A stretch of 64,000 bases of DNA from Rebecca billardiae RCC1528. Taxonomy: Eukaryota; Protista; Haptophyta. The notes below the pieces were generated by a model, which saw only the letters and a program-made list of their open reading frames with translations, made no database searches and was not told the origin of the DNA. This document shows positions 46,774-54,291 of the stretch, in pieces. Position numbers and translations under genes: made by a program. How positions within the stretch are numbered: the first letter of the stretch is position 1; every line of letters begins with the position of its first letter. The stretch spans positions 4,030,001 through 4,094,000 of the forward strand of contig OZ251225.1 of NCBI GenBank assembly GCA_965240325.2, written 5' to 3'.

Positions 46774-47060
46774 AAGTAACGATCCGCCCGGCTGGCGGCC
46801 GCGTCCGCGCGTCCGGCGATCTGGCGCCCGCGATTCACCGCTCGCCGCGCGGCTCCAGTGTAGGGGCTGGCGACGTCGCCGAGGCCATCCGTGCGGTCTA
46901 TTTCATTCAAAAATTGGTTTACGTCGCCGCCGATTTTGTCGACGCACGGCTTCAGGTGGTGCGCCGCCGAGCTGATGGGGCGGCCGAGTCGACGCGCTGT
47001 GTTTGCCAGCCCGCCGAGCCGACCGCGAATGCCTCGCGTGAGCCTGCCAAGAAATGACAT
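46767..47060 (-). CDS. Small basic protein with an amphipathic N-terminal helix, downstream of MCP
   Basis: 97 aa, MSFLGRLTRGIRGRLGGLANTARRLG; co-oriented with the capsid genes. Confidence 0.7.
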   Translation of the reverse strand: MSFLGRLTRGIRGRLGGLANTARRLGRPISSAAHHLKPCVDKIGGDVNQFLNEIDRTDGLGDVASPYTGAARRAVNRGRQIAGRADAAASRADRYLR

Positions 47061-47092
47061 ATCGGTGTATAATTATCATATTTTTTTATTTT

Positions 47093-48406
47093 TTACACGG
47101 CGAACTGGAGCTGGTTCTGCGCGACCTCCATCATGACGTCGTGCAGCGCCCAGGCATGCCACGTGAACGGCGCACCGTGGTTGCTATCGGCCTCGAAAAT
47201 GGCGTGCTCCGTGTCCAGACGGCGACCGTCGAAGAGAATGTCGGACTGCGAGAATGCCGACGTGTTGAATGCGATGGCAAAAGCTGAGTTCGCGAAGCGC
47301 GCGCCATTCACCTTGGAAGCGTAGTCGGCGACGCCAAGTGCGTTGAACGCCCGCACGAGCTCCGCGCGCGTCTCGGCAGCGCCATTCGTCGCGCTGACCG
47401 GCTGGTCTGGCACGAGCGTCGAGCCAATGCGCAGCTGCCACTTGGAGATGGCCGCGCGAGTGCGCAGCGTGACATCGCCCGCGTAAGCATTGCTGTTCGC
47501 ATCCGGATAGGCGGCGATGATAATCGTGTTGACGCTCGCGAGGCGGAAGGGCAGCTGCCAGCTCGTCGCGGTGTTGGGCGATACTGAGTGCTGCGCGTGG
47601 AGGTAGCTCATCGACGGAACGTAGAGGTGGTCGAGGCTGCGCGCAATCTTGGTGTAGGCCGAATCCGAGAGCAGCACCGTGCCCAGCTGCATCTTGACGT
47701 CCTGGATCGATGGCATGGCCCCGGGATCAATCGTGTAGACGCCCCAGTCCTTCGTCTGAGCGAGGTGAATGTCCACGCGGAGGCCTTGGTGCAGCTCGGA
47801 GATGGGGATGGCCTTGCCGCAGAGCGCACCGAACACGTACACAAGCGGGAGGCACACAGTGAGCAAAGCGCCATTCGCGATGACCGCACCCTTAGGCACG
47901 TTGAGAGCATTGTTGATCGTCGCCTGCGACAGAGTCGCGGCGGTTACATCATAATCGGCGCTGCCGAGCATCGAGGCAGTGGAGAAGCACGACGAAGGCC
48001 CCGACTGGAAATCCAGCAGGAGATTGTGCAGCAGGCCCGCCTTGCCCGCCGAGGCGATCATCTGAGAGCCGTGATAGGCGTCGATGCGCTCGATGAGGCT
48101 GTAAGCGCTCTGCGAGAGAGTCAGAGAGGTGCCAGAGGTGTTGTTAATCGTGAATTGAACGACGCTTTGACTGGGATCCATCATAGCGCCTGGTGTGCCC
48201 GTAGGCAGATCGAACTGCACCACCTGCCCCGGAGAGAATGTCGACGCCGGTCCGGCATAGACGGTCGTGCGCTTGTACGTGGCACCGACGGCCACGGGCT
48301 TGGGGTTGGCAAAGTCATAATACATCGGTGCCGTCTCCTCCTGCTCAAGCACCATCGCCTCGTCCGCGCGAATGTCGTTCTTCATGTACCGCCCGGCGTA
48401 CGCCAT
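47093..48406 (-). CDS. Double jelly-roll major capsid protein (PLV type)
   Basis: 437 aa, beta-rich. TFSPGQVVQFDLP, DPSQSVVQFTI, SLIERI, PISELHQGLRVDIHLA and WQLRIGSTLVPDQPV. Adjacent to penton and ATPase genes. Confidence 0.85.
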   Translation of the reverse strand: MAYAGRYMKNDIRADEAMVLEQEETAPMYYDFANPKPVAVGATYKRTTVYAGPASTFSPGQVVQFDLPTGTPGAMMDPSQSVVQFTINNTSGTSLTLSQSAYSLIERIDAYHGSQMIASAGKAGLLHNLLLDFQSGPSSCFSTASMLGSADYDVTAATLSQATINNALNVPKGAVIANGALLTVCLPLVYVFGALCGKAIPISELHQGLRVDIHLAQTKDWGVYTIDPGAMPSIQDVKMQLGTVLLSDSAYTKIARSLDHLYVPSMSYLHAQHSVSPNTATSWQLPFRLASVNTIIIAAYPDANSNAYAGDVTLRTRAAISKWQLRIGSTLVPDQPVSATNGAAETRAELVRAFNALGVADYASKVNGARFANSAFAIAFNTSAFSQSDILFDGRRLDTEHAIFEADSNHGAPFTWHAWALHDVMMEVAQNQLQFAV

Positions 48407-48442
48407 TTATGTGTGTGTGTTTGGCTCCGACATTTTTTTTTT

Positions 48443-49204
48443 TTACACAACAACAAATTTGAGCACGACCGAGATTTCGGCGCCGTTGAGATTCACTTCA
48501 GTCATCGTCTCAGAATCGAGGAGGCGCAGATCGAGATTTTGTACTGAGCGGCGGTTCGTCTCGAGGAGGTCGTCTGTTTGGCTCTGGTACGCGAGGACTT
48601 GGCCGAACGCGACCGTATTTTGGATGGTGACGAGAATATTGCTCGTCGAGCCTGAGTTCAAGGTCGAGTCGCGCGACTTTACGTCGAGGCCTTCGCACAC
48701 GAGGTGGTAGCCGCGCGGAATCAGATCGACCACGGCAGGCGCCTCGATGCTCCCAGTCGCTGGCACGATGAGATCCGACTGCGCTAGGCCCAAGACGCGC
48801 GTCGCGGTGGACGAGCCCTTGACCGTGATTGGGTTGGCGCTCGAGTTGGCAAACGTGAATTTACCGCGCGATGCGTCGAAGGTCACCGTGAGCGTGGCGT
48901 TGACCGGCGAGCCTGCAAAGAGCGTGTCCAGCGCGGTGGCGAGCGAAGTGGCTGTGTAATTCTTGGGTGGGATCGTCATAGTGGTGTCGCCCCAATTCCC
49001 GGCGAGACCAATCGAGCCGTTGGAGCCGTCGACCGCATAACGGCACGACGGGAAGCTTACCGACTCGACGGCGACGAGAATGCTCTCATCGTGGGTCGCC
49101 ATGATTGGATGGCTCAGCGTAAAGTCAGCGGCGCTCGTCATCGTGCGCCCCAGCGGGAAGCGGTCCGCCTGAGCCGTGTGCAGGTGAAGCCGGTGAGTCG
49201 TCAT
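48443..49204 (-). CDS. Minor capsid (penton) protein
   Basis: 253 aa; VAVESVSFP, TIPPKNYTATSLA, RVLG, NILVTI, LDLRLLD...VNLNGAEISVVLKF is a typical PLV/virophage penton pattern. Confidence 0.82.
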   Translation of the reverse strand: MTTHRLHLHTAQADRFPLGRTMTSAADFTLSHPIMATHDESILVAVESVSFPSCRYAVDGSNGSIGLAGNWGDTTMTIPPKNYTATSLATALDTLFAGSPVNATLTVTFDASRGKFTFANSSANPITVKGSSTATRVLGLAQSDLIVPATGSIEAPAVVDLIPRGYHLVCEGLDVKSRDSTLNSGSTSNILVTIQNTVAFGQVLAYQSQTDDLLETNRRSVQNLDLRLLDSETMTEVNLNGAEISVVLKFVVV

Positions 49205-49404
49205 TGACAGGGGTGGAGATATTTACGTCGATATTTGGGGCGACGATTGGGTCGATGATTGCGTCGATGATCTCATCGTCCAAGCCAGGACCCATCCGCT
49301 TGCGCGCGATGAATCTGGCGGCCGCCTCCCACGAAAAATCAAACATGGCGGGATCCATTTTTCGATCAAAATGGAGTGTCTATTATCTCTAGAACAGATA
49401 TAAA

Positions 49405-49851
49405 ATGGACGAGGCACCGCCGCCGCCGCCAGCGCTCGCCGTGCCGATCAAGCAGCCCAAAGCACGCACGGCAGCGCAGATCAAAACCACCGAGGTGATG
49501 CGCTTGGCCAAGCTGCGAAACACGTACACCGAGTACGCCCAGCGGTACGCCAATCTCGCGGCCCAAGAGCAAGCCAAAATCGACGAGTTGAACGCTACTG
49601 TGCCAGTGCCAGAGCCCCCGCCAATCAAGCGCATGACCCCGCCGCCGCCGCCGAAGGAGCCCGACGAGGACACGCTGGTGCTCGAAGACGACCAGCCAAT
49701 CGAGTCTACGCGAGCGCCACCACCACCGCGGGCGCCGTCGCGACCGCCGTCGCGAGCGCCGCCGAGGGCAGCGCCTAGTGCGCCACCGAGTGCGCCGCCG
49801 AGGGCACCGCCGAGTGCAGCACCCCCACAAAGAAAACTGAGGTACATCTAG
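49405..49851 (+). CDS. PLV hypothetical Pro-rich/coiled-coil protein
   Basis: 148 aa, TATAAAATG start, upstream of the ATPase. Confidence 0.65.
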   Translation: MDEAPPPPPALAVPIKQPKARTAAQIKTTEVMRLAKLRNTYTEYAQRYANLAAQEQAKIDELNATVPVPEPPPIKRMTPPPPPKEPDEDTLVLEDDQPIESTRAPPPPRAPSRPPSRAPPRAAPSAPPSAPPRAPPSAAPPQRKLRYI

Positions 49852-49866
49852 AAAGCTCTATCTAAA

Positions 49867-50571
49867 ATGCAGATTGCCGAAGAGGCAAATCAAGTCGATC
49901 TGAGACTGCCGCGCATCACGGCGGACAAGCCGTTAAAGGTGGGCCTACCCGAGCCACTGCCCAACCTGACCTTCCACTGGGGCGTGTTTGGTCCGCCACG
50001 CAGTGGCAAGTCGAGCCAGGTGGCGGGCTTGATCACTGGCCCCTACCGAGGCGTTTTTGGAAATGTTATCTGGTGCGCACCGCAGACATCCATGGACTCG
50101 TTCGCCAAATCGCCGCTGCGCGACTTGGAATTTGTGTTTAACGAATTTCATGGCGCGGTCCTGGACGAAATCATCGACATCGCCGAGGAGAATGCCGCCG
50201 GCGGTCGTCCAACGCTGCTGGTGATTGACGATTTCGCGGCCAGCCTGCGCGACGCAAACCTGCAAAAGGCTTACGCCAAGATGGTGCAGAATCGACGGCA
50301 TATCCGGCTTTCGATCATCGTGATCGCGCAAGGCTATATGAGCGTGCCGCTGAATGTGCGCAAGCTTTTTTCAAATATTACCATGTTTCGTCCGAACAAT
50401 TCCCGCGAGCTCACCGCGCTGCACTCCGAGCTTATCCCCATGTCAAAGGTGGACTTTATGGGCGTCTATCACTACATATTCGGAAATGAGCGTCCGCACA
50501 CGTTCATGTTCATGGACGTTGATGGTGGTATTTTGTACCGAGAGTGGAATCGACTGCGCATTAAAAATTAA
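49867..50571 (+). CDS. A32-like (FtsK/HerA) genome-packaging ATPase
   Basis: Walker A GPPRSGKS, Walker B LLVIDD, and the NRRHIRLSIIVIAQ motif. Confidence 0.92.
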   Translation: MQIAEEANQVDLRLPRITADKPLKVGLPEPLPNLTFHWGVFGPPRSGKSSQVAGLITGPYRGVFGNVIWCAPQTSMDSFAKSPLRDLEFVFNEFHGAVLDEIIDIAEENAAGGRPTLLVIDDFAASLRDANLQKAYAKMVQNRRHIRLSIIVIAQGYMSVPLNVRKLFSNITMFRPNNSRELTALHSELIPMSKVDFMGVYHYIFGNERPHTFMFMDVDGGILYREWNRLRIKN

Positions 50572-50588
50572 TCCGCGGTAGCAATAAC

Positions 50589-51377
50589 ATGGCGACTGCA
50601 GTCCATCATCATACCTTCCGCGACACGGTGCCAGCGCGAGTGACTCACTTCACGCTGAACGGCACGCCGTATGCCGGTGCCATGCACCACCGTGGCAAGA
50701 AAGACGGCTGGTGGTCAGGCTTGCATCCAGGTCCAAGCTCGCGCAAGCTCGTGCATCATAAGAAACCCATGATATTGCCTGCGCTGGTCACGATCGCCAG
50801 GCGAGGCCCGCCTACCAAGACCAAGACCAGCTTTGGGCGCGTCGCCCCCGGCGTGTACGACCTCGGCCAGTTCACGACGGATGAGGGCCACTACGATGCG
50901 AAGCACCTAAAATTCCCGCAACGCGATGCCAGCGGTCAGCCAATCTCGCGGCTGGTGGTGCGCTCTCAGCCGGCGCCTACTATGACGAGCTCTGACTCCG
51001 CCAATCGTCCTGCGGGGAGACCCGCGCCCGCAACGCCCGCGAAGATCCTCGTACCCGCGACGCCTTCCCCCGCCGGACCAAGCCGCTCGAGTTCTGTCAG
51101 AGTCCCGCCAGTGCCGGACTCGTCTGGGGGTTCGTCCGTTGATAATGAACTACCTGTGGTCAGAAGCTCCACTCGAACTACTAACAAGAAGATTGCCGAA
51201 GGCAGAATCATATCATACCTCGATAACTTCTTAGCGAGATCTAATCAGCTGGGCTGGACTCCCGAAATTCTAGAGCAGACAATTGCGGCAAATCTAAAGA
51301 TAAGAATAAATCTCGTTCGAGAAATCATGCGAGAGAGGGATGCTGCCGAGGCGCTGGCAGCACTTCGTGGGTCTTAA
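50589..51377 (+). CDS. PLV hypothetical protein
   Basis: 262 aa; His-rich N-terminus, Ser/Pro linker, helical C-terminus. Confidence 0.6.
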   Translation: MATAVHHHTFRDTVPARVTHFTLNGTPYAGAMHHRGKKDGWWSGLHPGPSSRKLVHHKKPMILPALVTIARRGPPTKTKTSFGRVAPGVYDLGQFTTDEGHYDAKHLKFPQRDASGQPISRLVVRSQPAPTMTSSDSANRPAGRPAPATPAKILVPATPSPAGPSRSSSVRVPPVPDSSGGSSVDNELPVVRSSTRTTNKKIAEGRIISYLDNFLARSNQLGWTPEILEQTIAANLKIRINLVREIMRERDAAEALAALRGS

Positions 51378-51397
51378 TTGAAATCTTAGCCGCTCCT

Positions 51398-51511
51398 ATG
51401 TGGTGTGCTCTGCTGTTTGCGCTTGTAGCCGGAACCAGCATTGGCCAGTTCATTTGGATTGCGTTCTTGATGCCTGCTCCTAAGGCGACACCGCTAAAGA
51501 AGCCTTCTTAG
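51398..51511 (+). CDS. Putative 37-aa single-pass membrane peptide
   Basis: MWCALLFALVAGTSIGQFIWIAFLMPAPKATPLKKPS*. Fills the gap between two ORFs exactly and is below the ORF-track cutoff. Confidence 0.45.
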   Translation: MWCALLFALVAGTSIGQFIWIAFLMPAPKATPLKKPS

Positions 51512-51825
51512 CGGAAGTGGTACACGATTACCTTGCCCTTGATGGCCATGCCGCGCACCGCATCGGCTACCTCGAACACAGGCGTATCGTACAGTTTGAT
51601 GTAGGCCTCAGCATCGAGCAGCTCGATGTCGATGAGATCAAAGGTGCGAGTGCGCTGGAGGCGCTTGCTCAGGTAGCCGTCGCGAAGCGTGATGGTCGTC
51701 TTGGTCTTCTTGTTGCGCAGGTCGCTCAGGTACTTACCCGATGGCTTGCGCGCCTCCGTGCGCCGGCCCTCGTCGAGCCACGTCGAGCCGCGGTCGAGCG
51801 GGAGCGAGACCGTTGGGGTAACCAT
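51508..51825 (-). CDS. PLV hypothetical protein next to the right end
   Basis: ~105 aa from the ATG at 51825, with viral codon usage. Confidence 0.5.
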   Translation of the reverse strand: MVTPTVSLPLDRGSTWLDEGRRTEARKPSGKYLSDLRNKKTKTTITLRDGYLSKRLQRTRTFDLIDIELLDAEAYIKLYDTPVFEVADAVRGMAIKGKVIVYHFR

Positions 51826-51837
51826 CGTGCGATGCGT

Positions 51838-52310
51838 GGCTTCGTGGGGCTCCGTGAGCGCGCTTTTCACCTAAGCCGCTTGTCTTTAACTACGAACCGC
51901 CACGGGCTTCGTGGGGCTTCGTGGGGCTCTGTGAGGGCGCTTTTTCACCTAGACCGCTTGTCTTTAACTACGAACCGCCTTCGTGGGGGCTTCGTGGGGC
52001 TTCGTGGGGCTCTGTGAGGGCGCTTTTTCACCTAGACCGCTTGTCTTTAACTACGAACCGCCTTCGTGGGGGCTTCGTGGGGCTTCGTGGGGCTCTGTGA
52101 GGGCGTCCGACGAAACCTTAGTGACGCGGCCAGGACGCAAGTGTTTCGTCGCCAGCCACGAGGGGCCGAGGGAATGCTCAAAAATGAGTTCGGTACGGTG
52201 GGGCTTCGTGGGGCTTCGTGGGGCTTCGTGGGGCGGCTCGGGGCTCGTGGTGGGATGGTGGCTCGTGGGTCGTCGTGGGTCGTCGTGGGTCGTGGTGGGT
52301 CGTGGGCGGG
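51838..52310. repeat. Subterminal arrays: ~80-bp unit x3 plus GGGCTTCGTG(G)/GGGTCGTCGT microrepeats
   Basis: tttcacctag/aaccgcttgtctttaactacgaaccgcc-type unit repeated three times; ggcttcgtgg repeated many times. Confidence 0.85.
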
Positions 52311-52347
52311 GTGGGGCGGCGGCGGGGTGGCGGTGGCGGGGGTCGAC

Positions 52348-52501
52348 GTGGCTCGACGTGGCTCGATGTGGCTCGACGTGGCTCGATGTGGCTCGACGTG
52401 GCTCGATGTGGCTCGACTGAGAACCGGGGATGATGAGTCGTAGGCTCGGGGGAGGGCTGGGGAGGCGGGGTGGGGTGGCGGCACCGTATACTCCCACACA
52501 C
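52348..52501 (-). repeat. Right TIR of the PLV, including 7 x GTGGCTCGAY
   Basis: Reverse complement of the left TIR; ends ...gtatactcccacacac. Confidence 0.92.
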
Positions 52502-52537
52502 CGCGCGTCCAGGACGCGCGCGGCAGCAGACGCGCGA

Positions 52538-52712
52538 GCGCGGAGCAGCGCGGGCGCAGCGGCGCGGGAGCGCGGAGCAGCGCGGGGCGCGCGGAGCAGC
52601 GCGGAGCAGCGCGGAGCAGCGCGGAGCGCGCGGAGCAGCGCGGAGCAGCGCGGAGCAGCGCGGAGCAGCGCGGAGCAGCGCGGAGCAGCGCGGAGCAGCG
52701 CGGAGCAGCGCG
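52538..52712. repeat. (GCGGAGCAGC)n decamer array just outside the right TIR
   Basis: More than 10 decamer units, some degenerate. Confidence 0.9.
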
Positions 52713-53212
52713 GGCGTCATGCTGGTACACTGGATTTGTCCAAGGAAAGCAGGTGAGCAGCACCGGACATGGACGAGAAGCAGTGGTACAAAGTTGAGCG
52801 GCAACAGGACGGACGGTGCGATCGCCGATTGGCTGATCGCGGCAAAATCTGGGTAAGTCGGCACGGCGATGATACTACCGCCCCGAGCCCAGGAGCGATC
52901 GGAGCTCGATCGCTGTTTTGGCCCGGCGCAAGAGCGCCGGAAATAAGGGCCAGGTTCAGAGGCTTGAGAGCTGATGAGATCGCGAGGCATGTGATCCTCG
53001 CGGTGGCGTCCGTCCTGTCGTGCGCGGTGAGCTTTTAGCAGGGCTCGAGACGCTCGGAGCTTGCGGTAATCCCAATATACTCTTAAAAAAATTTTTTTTT
53101 TACGATTGGGTTTTTCAGGTTAGGTCCCCAGCAGTGCTGCTCCCGGGCGGTCAGGTGGAGGTTCAGTCGACGAGTCCGCAGGCGCTCAGCCTTCCGTCAG
53201 CGGACGTCCGCG

Positions 53213-53406
53213 CGGGATCACTCACGCACCGCGTCTCGTCGACGGCGAGCGGCATGCCCACCGCATCTGCTGCCGCTCGCCAAGGCATGAGGACACGTAA
53301 ATCCCACTGAGTAGGAACACACGCAGCCGCCTCGGCATCGACATGCCAGGCGGCGTGCCCACCTTCGGCCAGCAGTTGGCGTCGGCGTTCACGAGGACGG
53401 CTAGAC
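53213..53406 (+). repeat. Direct repeat B2 (194 bp)
   Basis: Copy of 35612-35805, followed by (AT)n. Confidence 0.95.
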
Positions 53407-54291
53407 ATATATATATATACATATCATCGTCTCTTCGTCAGGGCGTTGAGAATGAGATATCGATTCAGCGTCGACTAGCTCGAATTGGGTATACACGATC
53501 TTCATCTGTCACATATGTCACGCCACGGCTTACATGACAGGTAGTAGTAATACGGTCGTCGAAAATCCGAAGCCGTGGCCGATCCGTAACGGGCCGATCC
53601 CACCCTTCCGCATTGCCATTGGCACCTAAGCTGATTTCTGACTAGCTACACATCATGGTGATGGAGGCGCTCTGGTCAGCCAGAAACGCGTGACGATACG
53701 AGTGCAGCGTGGCCAGCAGCTGATGGGGTGGAAGGCTCGACCGCACGCCTGGCAACAGCCCGAACAGGAGCGGGCGCGAGCGACCGCATCACCGGCTCAC
53801 CGCAACCACCGCCCGGCCGCGGCCTGCGCCTCCGCGAGCATTAGGGCCGGCGGAGCTCCTTGAGGTTTGACCTCACGCGTCGCCCTCGGGCTGGGCGTTG
53901 GGTCAGATGTATCTATCCTACCCCCAGCGTCGCGCGCGGGCTCTGATGAGCCGGTTCGCGTCTCAACGGTCTCCTCGTCCGCGCAGGTGTTGCCGCATCA
54001 TCGGCGAGGGAATCACGGCCCGAGAATCGAGATCGGTCGAGCTCGAGCGGGCCAACGGTTCGTCCGCAGATGGCAGCCCATCGGGTCAATCGTCTACCTC
54101 GTCACCCATACCGACCGTACCGACCCTTCCGCTCGCCACTCTGAGCCTTGCGCCGTCGTCAGAGCTCGCGCGCACGGGCGCCATCGCGAAGGGTGGGACC
54201 CCACCCTTCCGGCCCGCCGGTAAAGAGATACGCACTCTGCCGCGCGCCGCCTGCCGCCAGACACTGCCGGAGGGGAGCACCACCCGCACCG

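Larger units (their letters stand above)
36467..52501. mobile_element. Endogenous Polinton-like virus (~16.0 kb), apparently intact
   Basis: TIRs at both ends. Dense intronless ORFs with visibly lower GC than the host, including pPolB, MCP, penton, A32 ATPase, Tlr6F, lipase and a LamG protein. Confidence 0.92.
34789..53406 (-). mobile_element. Split-direct-repeat (Ngaro/PAT/TOC1-like) non-autonomous shell enclosing the Polinton-like virus
   Basis: A1 34789-35092 matches A2 35806-36109 (304 bp). B1 35612-35805 matches B2 53213-53406 (194 bp). B1 abuts A2 exactly. Outer flanks are ctgtatat| and |atatatatatatac. Orientation is inferred from SDR geometry. Confidence 0.7.

Noticed and set aside
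49125-49358. 77-aa minus-strand ORF upstream of the penton
   Set aside because: Overlaps the penton start by 80 bp and has no motif. Possible but unsupported.
52769-53038. 89-aa ORF in the shell body
   Set aside because: No recognisable motif or gag/RT/YR similarity; could be chance.
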